NCBI GenBank assembly: GCA_951406725.2
Contig: OX597827.1
Location: 39,556,001 to 39,620,000 of the forward strand
Source of the DNA: Octopus vulgaris
Taxonomy: Eukaryota
DNA: 64,000 bases
Direction of reading: 5' to 3'
The notes beneath the pieces are model-generated. The model was not told the origin of the DNA, made no database searches, and saw only the letters and a program-made list of their open reading frames with translations. Positions 14,120-27,970 of this stretch are shown in pieces (within the stretch, counting starts at the first letter, position 1; each line of letters opens with the position of its first letter). Both the position numbers and the translations under genes were made by a program.

Positions 14120-14198
14120 TAATTTTTAATCTTCGGATTATTTTAAATATGCTAAGCCACCAGTTTTAATTGATTAATATTAATTTCTACCTTCATTA

Positions 14199-14240
<42 letters not shown>

Positions 14241-15420
14241 AACAGATGATTGTGTTACATCACTTTATTAAAGGTTATGATCTTTTCAATTGCCAGTGGA
14301 ACCAACTCCTGAATTTACACACTAATTTGTACATATAAATATTATGTATTCATTTTGATTCTCTTTAATCCCTACTTTCTCTCTGTATGTGTCTGAGTTG
14401 GCAAAAATTACACATGATGGTGATAAATTACCCATATGGCGTTATGAAGGGCATCCAGCTATAGAAACTCTGCCAGATCAGATTGGAGCCTAGTGCAGCC
14501 ATCTGGTTTGCCAGTCCTCAGTCAAACCATCCAACCCATGCTAGCATGGAAAACGATGATGATGATGAAACAGTGGTGTCAAAACAAAATACCTTACTGT
14601 ATTTATTATATCTAAGCTGTACATGTATTCCCTTAGCACTCACCTCATTGAAAATGCAGTAAACCAGTGATTAGTGTGTGGGAAAGATATAACTAATGAC
14701 ATTACTGTTTGCAATTATACAATATAAAGTAAATTTTAAGAAGTGGATATGGATGGTGTATGTGTGTGTGTGTGTGTGTGTATGTGTGAGAGAGAGAACA
14801 TGTGAGTACATTTTTACAAACAAATACATTATAAGATGTGTGTGTGCATGTGTATGTGTGAGTGTGTGTGCGTGTGCACACGTGCTTGTGTATGAATGTG
14901 TCTGTATACTTTATTTACTCCATGATTAAGACCACAGCATGGTTTCAAGGCTGTATCCAAGTAGATATTAATCTGATTAGATATGGTGATCTTTAATGGA
15001 TATTTCACTGAATATGCTGGGATTATCAACTAGATGAATACTGTTACAAAGCAACCATTGTATGTGTTTGAGAATGTGTGAGTGTATATACACACGCATA
15101 CAAATACACACTTATGTACACATATATACTCTCATAAACACACACACACATGTATATATTCATTTGATTGACCGATTCCCCTATTTTTCATTTGCTCACT
15201 CTATCACACCACAAGTAAATCAACATTTCCAATAAAAATAAAGAAAAGCTACAATTATTGAGCACATTTTTCTGTTTGTAAACTCAAAACACACATGTAC
15301 TGGTTTTTGTTCTTCCCAAAAAGACCACACATAGTAAATAACTCTGAATAGCATTTGAATGAATCATCAACTTTGAACAAATAAACAAACTCAACTATCT
15401 GTATTGAGTACTCTTTCATT

Positions 15421-15741
15421 TACATTATTTACATTGGATGGATATGTGTCCTCATCTTGTTTGTTGTTAACACAACGTTTTGGCTGATATACTTTCCAGC
15501 GTTCATCATGGTTAAGAGCACAGGCAACTAACCCCAAGATTCCAAGTTCAGTTCTAGGCAGTGCCTTGATTAAATAATAACAAATAGTAACATCAGCAAA
15601 AAATACCTCAGGAATGAGAACCCAGGGTTGGGCTCAAAATGACACCAGGACACCTGATGAAGGCTGGAGAGTAAATTAGCTGAAACATTGTGATGACAAC
15701 AAACAAGATCAGGACACATATCCGTCCAATGTAAATAATGT
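15421..15741. mobile_element. Foldback element with ~88-bp arms carrying a hammerhead-ribozyme-like motif (Penelope-derived?)
   Basis: Arms tacattatttacattggatggatatgtgtcct... / ...ggacacatatccgtccaatgtaaataatgta; CTGATGA-stem-GAAA in the right arm. Confidence 0.7.
15650..15693 (+). ncRNA. Minimal type I hammerhead ribozyme-like motif
   Basis: acac CTGATGA a GGCTG-loop-TAGCT GAAA CA TT gtga; the opposite arm supplies the variants CAGCC and AACGTT. Confidence 0.5.
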
Positions 15742-15899
15742 ACAGAATTCTTCATCTCTAAAATATGGAACAGTACTCTTTCATTTGTTTGCACAACCAA
15801 GGATGTTCACAAGGAATCCCTCCTGCCGTGCGCACACACCAGAGACAGTAACACTACAGGAAAACAGAACAAATTAATTATGCATATACGTGTAATTAC

Positions 15900-16077
15900 C
15901 TGGTTCTGCAGATGCTTCTGCTACTCTCCACACTGTGATATGGACTCTCCCAAATACATGCAGACCAGATTCATATGACTTCAGGCCATTGTTAATCACT
16001 TGAGCTACAGCAGGGCACAATCGGGATAGCACCAAATCTCCAATTTCAGGAGTTTCTACAGAACTGCCAAGACGAAG
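15900..16077 (-). CDS. RUSC/iporin-like gene exon, RUN domain N-part (LRLGSSVETPEIGDLVLSRLCPAVAQVINNGLKSYE...WRVAEASAEP)
   Basis: Hand translation (not in the ORF track). ttttcag acceptor, G|gtaatt donor, phase 0/1. The LG.S...P..G.LVL..LCPAV..V...GLK...W.V.EAS pattern is typical of RUSC1/RUSC2 RUN domains. Confidence 0.92.
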
Positions 16078-16409
16078 CTGAAAATCAAAAAGAGAAAGGC
16101 AACTGAAAGATTCTGTTTTGTTAGACTGGCACTACAAAGATTAGACTAGTTTCTTGTGGTTTAGCTCAGCCTAATATAAATAGAAGGTAAATCTGCATGG
16201 TGTCACATCCATCTGTCTTAGAATAGAATTGGATAACTTAAGTCTCAGAAATATTGTTTGCAAAAATATGATAGTCTCAGCTGGAATGACCTTTGATCCC
16301 ACTACAATTGGATCAGGATCAATTAGGCATTATTAAGTAATTAAATCTACTTTGGGTATTACTGGAGTTTGAATTAACCATTTTGTTACCTTTTTTTCTG
16401 TTGAAATAG

Positions 16410-16808
16410 TCTTTACTCTTTACTCTTTTACTTGTTTCAGTCATTTGACTGTGGCCATGCTGGAGCACCGCCTTTAGTCGAGCAAATCGACCCTGGGACT
16501 TATTCTTTGTAAGCCCAGTACTTATTCTACCGGTCTCTTTTGCCGAACCGCTAAGTGACGGGGACGTAAACACACCACCAATGCTAGGGGGACAAACACA
16601 GACACACAAACACACACACACATACATATATATATACATATATATGACAGGCTTCTTTCAGTTTCTGTCTACCAAATCCACTCACAAGGCATTGGTCGGC
16701 CTGGGGCTATAGCAGAAGACACTTGCCCAAGATGCCACGCAGTAGGACTGAACCCAGAACCATGTGGTTGGTTAGCAAGCTACTTACCACACAGCCACTC
16801 CTGCGCCT
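16410..16808 (-). mobile_element. tRNA/CORE-type SINE (octopus OR-like), full length
   Basis: Head aggcgcaggagtggctgtgtggtaag...gggttcagtcc, a cttgggcaagtgtcttc core, internal microsatellite and aaagagt tail; similar copies at 26963-27367, 46130-46525 and 61575-61957. Confidence 0.8.
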
Positions 16809-17257
16809 ATGAATTTTGTTTCAATTAATTTTGAAAATAATGAAGAAGAAAAGAAAAGGAATTAGCATTTGATAGAATACCTTGGTGTGTGTGTGTGTGT
16901 GTGTGTATGTTTGTGTCATGGACTCTCCTGGCATAAACAACAGACAAGGGTTCTGCAATTTCTTAATGAACAACTAGCACAGACAATATGTTTATTGTCA
17001 TCAACATCAACTCAACATTGTCTGCACAGGTTCATGGTGTGTCCCATGTCAAAGAGATTGCAGAGCAATATGAGATTAAGTTGTTTTTGCTCAAGAACAC
17101 AACACACTGCCTAGCCTGGGAATCAAGCCTACAACCTCGTGATTGCAAGTTCAACTCCCTAACAACTAAGCTACATACCATCACTTACACACACACACAC
17201 TACGTTACATACTATATGATAACAGTAATTGATAGACTGGTGACCTAATATACTAAC

Positions 17258-17334
17258 CTTATCAAATGGATCTTTGCTCTTGGAAAAATGATCAACTAAA
17301 GCTTCTGCTGCTTTGGATACCTCTGCTAGCATGG
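17258..17334 (-). CDS. RUSC/iporin-like gene exon (AMLAEVSKAAEALVDHFSKSKDPFDK, helix preceding RUN core)
   Basis: tttttcag|CC acceptor, AAG|gttagt donor; phase 1/0; resembles the pre-RUN helix of RUSC proteins. Confidence 0.85.
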
Positions 17335-17443
17335 CTGAAAAAGAAATGACATTTGTATGTGATATATGATTAAGATACAAATTAGTGTCCAAAGGTAGGG
17401 CTTATAATATCTTCATTATTTATATTAAAGTTTACACAGCAAT

Positions 17444-17490
<47 letters not shown>

Positions 17491-17580
17491 ATATCCTCAA
17501 TACAGCTTATATGTTGGAAGAATATAGAATTTTATGACTGACTGAATCAGATTGTAGTTCTGAGTATGTATAAATTTTCA

Positions 17581-17630
<50 letters not shown>

Positions 17631-18060
17631 TTTGTTTGCTTTTACATCTGTTTTCCAGGCTTGAAACTTGGAAGGGTTTGATGATTATGTTACTGAAGCA
17701 CTGTTTTACAGCCAGATGCCCTTCCTGTTGGCCATTGACTGTATAAGATAAGTGTCAAGAAATTGACAATACCAGATCAAAGTTGACCAATTAATAGTAG
17801 TCAATCAATGTTGGCTGGTTAATCAATGTTGACCAGCCAACAGTGGCAGATGAAATTAGGCCAACTAACAGTATTTGACCAAAGCTGACCAAATGTCAGT
17901 GAGATCAAAATTGACCAAGTGACATGGTCAGAGTAAATTTGACCAATCTACAGTGATGGACCAAAGTTTACAGACCAGCTGTATTGCAATGAAATCAGAA
18001 TTACAATTCTTCCCCCAAGACCGATAAGACTAAATAACAAATTTAAAAACCATAGTTTAC

Positions 18061-18204
18061 CAGATTTCTTCTCCAATTCTTTCTTGCCCATTGATCTAGG
18101 TGGGGTTGGGGGTTGGTCCCTGTCTTCTGACCCCTTATCTTTGCCAAAGGTTCCTTCAGCTGAATTTTGGTTTTGGTTATGTATATCTCGAGGAACCGGG
18201 AAAG
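18061..18204 (-). CDS. RUSC/iporin-like gene exon (144 nt; FPVPRDIHNQ...KKS)
   Basis: ttttattctttcag|CT acceptor and TCT G|gtaaac donor; phase 1/1; open frame. Confidence 0.8.
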
Positions 18205-19103
18205 CTGAAAGAATAAAAAAGAACAAAATGAAGAGAAATAAGAAATAAGAAAACAAAAACAAAAAAAAGAGAAAAAGCTAAAACATTAGACTAAGAAAAG
18301 GCAAAAATGGCCAATATATTGGGGAAGAAATATGAGATGTTGTGATGATCATGCCTTCTCCAAGAACATTAGTGATGTAGTTGATGCAAATGTGAATTTG
18401 CATCAACCAAAACTTGAAACCAGACAAGATACCAGTCTATGAAAGGATGAGTCGGTGTAAATATATTTGTTTAAATCAACACCAGTAGATTTTACTGGTA
18501 GTTGTTTTAACTGCCAATTAGATTGGCAAGAAAACATGGAAAATTGATGGCAGAATTGGCAGAATGAGAATAAAATGCCTTCCAGTATTAACTGTATTCA
18601 TCTGTTTATTAAGGTGCAACAAAATCAACCAGTGTCTTATAAACACCAAGTCTGTCGAACTTGAAGTCTCTTTTATAAGACACCAAATATAATAATTAAA
18701 TTTAATGTTTTGAATTCAAATCTCTGTTGAGATTGATTTTGTCTTTCATTCTCCTGGTGGGAATGATAAAAGTAGCATAGAGTTACTCTTTCTGTGACCA
18801 AGGTAGTCAAAGAAGAAGTCAACGCCACCACCATCATTATCATTGTGTTAATGTCCACTTTTCCATGCCCTTCCTGTTGCTAATCCTCACTTATTTCCAA
18901 GCAAGGTAATGCTTCCCCAGGGACAAACATGTTTTCACAGAATATTGGAAATGAATGACACAGCTTGTATGACAATGACACTCATTCACAACATCAACAC
19001 ACACCCTTCTATATATGATAGGCATCCTTCAGTTTCTCTGCCCAAGTTGCCATGCAGACAGATTGAACCCAAAACCATGTGGTTTGAAAAACTAACTTCT
19101 TAA

Positions 19104-19146
<43 letters not shown>

Positions 19147-20017
19147 AACACATTCACTCTGAAAAATTCAAAATGCTGGATTTTATACATTCATGGCAAA
19201 TCAACTTGCCGTAATTATTTTTTTTTGTTTTACAAGTTTTTCTAAAAAAAGAAATCTATTGATTAAATTATGTCTAGGACAAGGACCATCAATGACCTTA
19301 GACTGCGGATCTTATCTTATTCAAGTATCTGAGTTGACTGAATCAACTGCATCCTAACTTTCCCTAAAATAAATGGCTTTGTACCACTAAAGATGACCAT
19401 TATAAAGGGGGAGAAAAAGAAATGCTGCTACCACCTCTCCCACCCTCACATGACCACGACCCTCTGGCAAACATCACCACCACAAAATTAGTAGAACAAG
19501 ATGAAAGGCCTTTATAGCATTCAGTTACATAACTATGCATTCTGAGTTCAAATTCCACCCGAGTCATTTCAGTTTCCAATCTCTTCTCATACAAAAGTCA
19601 ATAGGCCAAGTACCAGTAATACACTGCAATTAGTTTTGATAATAGAATCAGTAGAGTGTCAAACGAACTGCTCGAATTCTGCTGGTGCCAATTTAACTTT
19701 TCAACTTTTTGATGTCAATAAAATAAAAGTCAACAAACGACTCATAACCTTCGGTCTATTTAAGTTGGTTGCTTTCGATTAATGTTAAAAATCGATGTAT
19801 ATTATGTATATGTGTATGTGTGTGTGTGTGTGCATATGTGTGTCTCTGTGCACGTGTTATTTATGTGAGATAAACAGACAACATATGCAGACTTGTTTTG
19901 TGGTGTCTAGTTTTCTCACATAAATTAACATATATTTGATTGACAACACAAAGCTATACTAAACAGTTTTATGTTGGTGTGCTGCGAAATAAAATGTTTG
20001 CAAATGTTATTTTATTA

Positions 20018-20054
<37 letters not shown>

Positions 20055-20668
20055 TACATACATATATATAGATAGATAGATAGACAGACAGACAGATAGG
20101 TAAATAGATAGATATAGATATATATAGAGATAAGCAAATTAAACAGATCATATTTATCTCTATATCATTTGGACTGTGTAAGTTGGACTGTTTATATGTA
20201 TACATACATACATCTTTCATTTCATCTATTTAATATACTTTATTTATTGATCTGTCTAATTTGCTTATCTCAATATTTACTCCTATAACCACCCAAGTTT
20301 AAATCTCTTGAGCACTACAAAGTGTATACAGAGGATATCTTCATCTCATCTATGAACTATATATATATATATATATATATATACACTCTATATTTGTTTC
20401 TCATTTGACTTTAGTCGAGCAAATTGACCCCAGGATTTATTCTTTGTAAGCCTAGTACATATTCTATCGGTCTCTTTTGCCGCACCGCTAAGTTACAGGG
20501 ACGTAAACACACCAGCACCGGTTGTCAGGCGATGTTGTGGGTGGGGGGACCAACACAGACACACAAACATACATATATATATATATATATACATATATAT
20601 ATACATACATATATACATACATACATATATACATACATATATACATACATACATATATACATACATAT

Positions 20669-20712
<44 letters not shown>

Positions 20713-21451
20713 ATATACTCATAAATACACAGACACATGCATAAAATGTATAGTAAGTGATGGCATAAAAGACATACAATCATATTAGCTGCACCACAAT
20801 TTCAACAGTACATATTCAGGAACAAAGATTTTAATGCATTAAATTTATAGGAGGCCCAGCTTTGTGTATAAGACATGTGTGGTTTCTTTGCAGACAAAGT
20901 TTTGGGAAAAAGTGTGTTTTATATGCCATCAAACATGGTACTTAGAGCAAGTTTTATAAACATTTTGGTCTGAGAGTTAGCAGTAAAAATTTACATCCCA
21001 TGTAATTTATATTACTAAGTCAACTGATCAAAAGAGATCTTACAGCACAGTATTTAACCATGTGAGTGTAGAGTCATCTGGGTTAATAAAACATTAATTA
21101 GTCTCACAGAGACGCTTACGGGTTTATTATGGTGACTGCATGAATGGATGAGACAAAAAGCATGTGTCAACCTTGACATTCCCAGGTAGCAGCAATGCTG
21201 CTCTCAGCACAGCTAAAATGATTGGTATTGTTCAAAGTCACTGAAATTGTGATCTCTGGTTTGAACAAGGGAGTGTTGCACAGTGCAAGCTTTATGCAAA
21301 CTATCTATCAATTTATCTACCTGCAAATTTATGTGAATACATTACTTATGTCTACTACTGTTTGTGCCTTTTCTGCTTTTGTATACATGCATATATATAT
21401 ATATATATATATACATGCGTGTGTATGATATTAAACATATTACACATACAT

Positions 21452-21650
21452 AGGGTGGCGAGCTGGCAGAAATGTTAGCATGCTGGGCAAAATGCTTAGC
21501 TATATTTTGTCTGTCTTTACGTTTTAAGTTCAAATTCCACCGAGGTCGAAGTTTGCCTTTCACCCTTTCAGGGTTGATAAATTAAGTACCAGTTGTGTAC
21601 TGGGGTCGATCTAATTGACTGGGCCCCTCCAAAAAAACTTCAGGCATTGT
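21452..21650 (+). mobile_element. tRNA-derived SINE with gcctttca.cctttc.ggg.tgataaa.taagtaccag central domain (Meta-domain-like)
   Basis: Head ggtggcgagctggcagaa...gttcaaattcc; many copies in the window (3555-3770, 22230-22445, 50340-50570). Confidence 0.7.
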
Positions 21651-22677
21651 TTCCAGCAGCTGGCATTTTTTCACTCTTCCTTCTTCCATCTCTCACTCTC
21701 TCTATATATGGGTGTGTTTGTGTGTAATTTATCTCAGAAAATAGAACATTAACATCGATTTCCTGTGTGACTTGCAATTTTCAAGGTGACAGTGCAGTGC
21801 ATTGTTTTAATGAGTTTTAAACAAAGAACAAACTTTATCTCAATGATCAAACTCTGATTTTTCTATTCCCATTCAAATTTAATATTTGTGGGTGTGAGAG
21901 AGAGAAAAGACTAAATTTTACAGATTTTAATTTATTCTGATAATGATGATGATGATGATGATAATAATAATAATAATCCTTTCTATTATAGAAAAAGAGT
22001 AGAAGTGGGTAGGTGGGTGAGTGGTTTGCAAGTAGGATGAGGGGGGGAAGGTAGACTGCCAACATGGATAGGGTTGAAGGGTGGATGTAACAAGAACTAT
22101 GAAGTGAGAAAAGGGGAAGAGGCATAGAGGGTGGACAGTGCATAGAGGGTGGACGAGAATCACTGTATTGGGTGGTGAACCCAAAACATAGCATTTCCCA
22201 TGTGTGTGTGTGCATGCATTAGTATTACTACTGATTTCAAATTTTGGCACAAGGCCAGCAATTTTGAGGAGAGGGTAAATTGATTACATCAACCCCAGTG
22301 TTCAACTGGCACTTATCTTATCAACTCCGAAAGGACGAAAGGCTAAGTCAACCTCGGTGGAATTTGAACTTGGAATGTAAAGTCAGACAAAATGCTGCTA
22401 AGCATTTTGCCCAGCATGCTAGTGATTCTGCTAGCACTCCACCTTGAGTAAGTATTAATACTGCTATCTATTTTATCAACTCCAGGATGACAAGAGGTAA
22501 AGTAAGATTTTAACACGGAACTAAATACCACATGGCATTTTGTCAAGTGCTCTACTGATCTTATCTTCCACCACCCTTATGAGAACCATCAGCAATGCAT
22601 TATTTCCATTTGATTGTGTGCATTTGATTAAGTGTAAAGCCTACTCTTAACTTAATTTTCTCCATCATATTATTGAT

Positions 22678-23020
22678 ACCTTCTGAGACCCCCTTCGGTC
22701 ATGAATGACCATGGGATTGCACCTAGAAAGTTACCCTCACAAGCACAAGTCCGGGCAAGGTTCTTTATGGAAGATCAGCAGTCGCCCATGTATACCAGCC
22801 TCCCCTCTCCACGCCACCAGTGTTATCCAAGGGAAAGGCAAAAGCCGATACAGCTTGGCACCAGTGATATTGCAACTCATTTCTACAGCTGAGTGATCTG
22901 GAGCAACGTAAAATAAACTGTCTTGCTCAAGAACACAACACACAGCCTGGTCCAGGATTCGAACTCACAATCTTGCAATCATAAGCTTGATGCTCTAACC
23001 ACTGAGCCATGTGCCTTCAC
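22678..23020 (-). mobile_element. tRNA-derived SINE with 7-bp TSD
   Basis: tattgat at 22671-22677 and 23021-23027; head like 1356-1602 but a different 3' tail, which also occurs at ~11740-11930. Confidence 0.75.
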
Positions 23021-23358
23021 TATTGATTTTCAAGTGAAGAAAGCAAAGTTGACCACAAGAAAATTTGAACTCAGGTCATAAGAAGAAGAAACTAAACACT
23101 ATCAGGCAATTTAAACCAGTATTTTACAGGCCCTGCCACTTCACCACTTAAAATATAACAGTTCATAATTACAAGATTGACAAGTTGTCTGCTGTACTAA
23201 AAAACTAATGATTTCTCACAGTGACATAAGAGACACAAATTTACAAGGAAGGAGGAGGCATAGAGTTTACCGAATCAACCCAGTACGTGACTGATACTTG
23301 CTTTATAAACTCTGAAAGAACTTCATCTCAGAAGAGTACTTGAATGATTATGGAAATT

Positions 23359-23372
23359 TAATAATAATAATA

Positions 23373-23416
<44 letters not shown>

Positions 23417-23419
23417 AAT

Positions 23420-23451
<32 letters not shown>

Positions 23452-23460
23452 ATGATGAGG
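23359..23460. repeat. (AAT)n/(GAT)n compound microsatellite
   Basis: Direct reading. Confidence 0.9.
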
Positions 23461-23509
23461 ATTTCTTTTATTATTTTTAATAATGATTTATCTTATTAAT
23501 AATGATAAT

Positions 23510-24801
23510 AAAACTTTCTATTGTAGGTACAAAGCCTGAAATTTTGGGGAGTTGGGGACCCTTGTACTCAACTGATAATTATTTTATTGACTGCCTCCCC
23601 AACCCCCTCCTTGAAAGGATGAAAGTTGATCTCGGCAGAATTTGAACTCAGAATGTAAAGACAGACAAAATGCTGCTTAACACTTTGTCCAAGATGCAAA
23701 AAATTCTGTCAGTTCACTGCCTTAACAACAATAATAATAACGATAAGCTTTTCTACTATAGGCACAAGGCCTGAAATTTCGGGGGAAGTGTTGCAGTCAA
23801 TATCCTCAACCTCCGCACTCAACTGGTACTTTTAATAACTGTTTCTGATTTAGGTATATGATCAGTAATTCTGAAGGTTGGCGGTTAGTTGATAACATCA
23901 ATCTCAATACCAGGCTGGTGCTTTATTTCAGGAACCAATAAAATAAAGGATGGAAAGCAAAGTTGGCTTCAGCAGGATTTGAACTCAGAACATAAAGAGC
24001 TGGAAGAAATACTGGAAAGCATTTTTTCAGATGCTCTAAAAATTCTGCTGGTGATGGACTCTCCTATTGAAGATGACATGAGTGTTCAGTTTTTGCTGAA
24101 AAACCTGCACAAATGATTTGCTTATAGTGATCAAAGGTATGTGCTGTACATTGGCTCACTCCCTCCATCAAATCGACATGATGCATGGTGTGCCATGTGT
24201 CAGGTGTTGAAGTGATTGTAGAGCAACATGAGATGAAGTGTTTTGCTCAAGAACACAATGCACTACCTGACCTAAGAATTGAAACCACAATCTTGCAATC
24301 GTGAGTGCAAAACCTTAACCAAAAGGCCATGCATCCTCATAATAATAATAATAACAATAACAATTCTTTCAACAAGAGGTGCAAGGCCTTGAAATTTCAG
24401 GGGAGAGGGCAAGTCGATTACATTGACCCCCAGAGTTTAACCAGTACTTATTCTATCGATCCCAAAAAGATGAAAAGCAAAGATGACTTCAGTGGAATTT
24501 GAACTCAGAATGAAATAATAATAATATTATAAGTAGTAACTCACTACCCACATAAATTCTACCAAGAATAAGACCAAAACTGAGTCAAATCAAATAATAA
24601 TAATTGTTTGAAAAATTTGACCCAAGTTCAGTAAATTTAACAGGGGCTGGGGTTAGTTGATTACATTGACTCCAGTACTTTATTGACCCCAAAGGGATAA
24701 AAAGTAAAGTTGGCCTCTATAGGAGTTGAACTTAGAAATATAAAGGACTTTAACTAAATACCTAAAGGGATTTTGTGTAACACTAATGAGTCTACCAAAC
24801 C

Positions 24802-24836
<35 letters not shown>

Positions 24837-25550
24837 TTCCTAATTTAGGCACGTTTTAGAAGAGAGAGAAGGAGAGAGTAAATGCTGAAGTCAATCCCAG
24901 TACTTAACTAGTTTTGTTGTATTGATTGTCTGGAAGGATGAAAGGCAATTACACTAGAACTTCATGGTGTTTGGCAGACTACCACCTTTATAAAATAATT
25001 TTGGTAAAAAAATAAAGATTAAAAAAATTGCCTAACAGAGGTACAATGCCTTCTTACATTTTAGGGATGGAACTGACCATTAAATCAAACTCAAATAATA
25101 ATGATGATGATGATGAGGATGAGGAGGATAATGATAATAATAATAATAATGATGATGATAATAATAATAATAATAATCTTTTCTACTCAAGGCACAAGGC
25201 CCGAAATTTTGGGGGATGGGGTCAGTCGATTAGATCGACTCTAGTGCACAACTGGTACTTTATTTATCGACCCCGAAAGGGATGAAAGGCAAAGCCGACC
25301 TCGGCAGAATTTGAACTCAGAACGTAAAGACAGACGAAATTCCGCTAATAACAACAATTGTTTTTAATATGGGTTCCAATCCTGAAATTTGGGTGAGGGA
25401 TGTAGTTGATTACATTCATCCTAGTATATAACTGGTACTTTGTTTTATCAACCTAGAAAGAATAATAGGCAAAGCTGGCTTCAGTGGATCTGAACGTAAA
25501 ATGTAAAGAACCGGGACAAATGCTTCAAAACATTTATTCAGAAAGCTTAA
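23510..25550 (-). mobile_element. Cluster of mostly co-oriented, decayed Meta-like SINE copies separated by (AAT)n
   Basis: Recurring ggcacaaggcc.gaaattt...actggtactt...aaggatgaaagg...atttgaactcagaa units. Confidence 0.7.
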
Positions 25551-26004
25551 GGTGCTCACAGCTGATATCACAAATGACGAGAAAAAAGGGGAGGTGTTTG
25601 CTAAATTTTGTTCATAAAAACATCACTAAAAAAAAACCTAAAATATCTGCAGAATGACAGCGTTAATATTACAATACATGACAACATACTACAAAACACA
25701 AACAATTAGGGCGTTAATATGAAGGACAGAGGGAAACTGTCGTAAGTGTGTGTGTGTGATTCTGATTTGCTCTACAAAATCACGCTGAGTCTAATGTATG
25801 CATTTGTGTGGTTGCTGACATTGTGTATATTTATATATACAACTATGTATGTGTGTATTTACATACATAATATACATACATGAAAACATACATCTCTCTC
25901 TCTCTCTCTATATATATATACATATACACACACACTTTTATACATACATATCCATAAAGATATATATATATATATATATATATGAATATGTATGTAAGTA
26001 TTTA

Positions 26005-26037
<33 letters not shown>

Positions 26038-26634
26038 TTTCACAAGAATGATACCTTGGTAAGAGTTCCACAACTGTGGAGGTGGCAATGGTGAGTGGAT
26101 GGGCAGACAACCTAGACAACCTCCTACCTAACCATGACAAACCCCAACTAAATCACTCCTAATGCCGATCCATCTAAGACAAATAAAAAAAAAATCTCCT
26201 TTTCAGTCATTTGACACTAAATTAAATTAAGATACATACCTTTGGTGTGTGCATTGATACACAGAAGAGAGAGAAAACAAGAGAACAGCAGTGTAACTTG
26301 TGACTGTTTTGTTATTATTATTGTTCTTGTTGATTGGTTTTATATTTTTTTTGTAGGGAGTATGTAGGGGAGGGAAGAATGAATGTGATTGTAGGTGAGA
26401 GTTTGTTTAGACTAAATGCTACAGTCCTATCCTCTTCTGATAAAACCTCAACTATAATGAACCTAAGAGGAAGGTTTGCTAAAATTGCTAGAAATAACAG
26501 CTGAATTACTTCCGATTGTAAAGACAATTGTAAAGACAAAAGAAAAAAGAGAAAGAGAAACAGACTGGACAATGTAGTCCACGTATGCAAAAAGGCAGGA
26601 GTGTCACAGATGAAATGCAATCATTCTTCTAAAT

Positions 26635-26875
26635 CAGTGGTTCTGAACCATTTCTTAGCCAATGAACCCCTTTGGTTCCTATTTTACTCAAGGGACCAGG
26701 ATCCTCGTAGCCATTTGATATCTAAAAGCTCTTATAATATTTTTATTATTATGAACTGCTTCAAAAAAATGTTTAAATACTTTGTATATTGTGGAAATTA
26801 TTGCACATAAGTTTTAACAACAAAATCTTATATGGACCCCTAAGGGCCATTGGGGACCCCAGTATGGAACCACTG
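26635..26875. mobile_element. hAT-type MITE
   Basis: TIRs cagtggttc / gaaccactg; perfect 8-bp TSD ttctaaat (26627-26634, 26876-26883). Confidence 0.85.
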
Positions 26876-26962
26876 TTCTAAATGATCAGGGCTGAACTCT
26901 GAATAAGTCACCAAACTTATGTGTACAAACACACACACTGGATGCAGGCATATATGTATAAT

Positions 26963-27367
26963 TCTTTTACTCTTTTACTTGTTTCAGTCATTTGATTGTG
27001 GCCATGCTGAAGCGCCGCCTTTAGTCGAGTAAATCGACCCCAGGACTTATTCTTTGTTATCCTAGTGCTTATTCTATCGGTCTCTTTTGCTGAACCGCTA
27101 ATATACAGGGACGTAAACACACTAGCATTGGTTGTCAAGCGATGTTGGGGGGACAAACACAGACACACAAACATATACACACACATACACATATATACGA
27201 CAGGCTTCTTTCAGTTTCTGTCTACCAAATCCACTCACAAGGCTTTGGTCTACTATAGCCCAAGGCTATAGTAGAAAACACTTGCCCAAGGTGCCACGCA
27301 GTGGGACTGAATCTGGAACCATGTGGTTGGTAAACAAGCTACTTACCACACAGCCACTCCTACGCCT
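26963..27367 (-). mobile_element. OR-like SINE copy
   Basis: High similarity to 16410-16808. Confidence 0.8.
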
Positions 27368-27919
27368 AATTAAGAATTTTGCTTTTGCAATCATTAGTTC
27401 CAAGCTTCATCCTTATGGGAGAGCATCTTGTACAGATGATATCTTTAACCACAGCCTCAAACAGACTGACAGAAACCTTGGGAGTGAAACTTGGTGGGTG
27501 GAAACTGTGGGAACTTGTTGGAAGGACTGTAGCAATAATTTAGAAGCCTGGCCTTGTCATGTAATTGTGTTAAGCTGATTCTGCCTAAGAAGTGATTACA
27601 TGAAGAATATATGTGTGCCAGGCACTTACATTCAATGAATGATTGAATTGGAATACTTGACTGAACTGGAATATTCATCAATCATTGTCTGATGAGAAAT
27701 CCATTTGCTTTTAATTAATTATATATATGATTGCATGTATGAATGTGTGTGTATATTTATATATCTATATCTACATATCTCTCTATATATATCATATATA
27801 TATATATATATATACACACACATTTATATACACATTTACATATATATATACATATATACAAATATATATATATATATACACACACATATACAAATATACA
27901 TGTATACCTATACACACAT

Positions 27920-27970
<51 letters not shown>

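Noticed and set aside
17750-17970. Degenerate ~24-bp tgaccaa repeat next to an exon
   Set aside because: Too decayed to define a unit or function; probably an old minisatellite.
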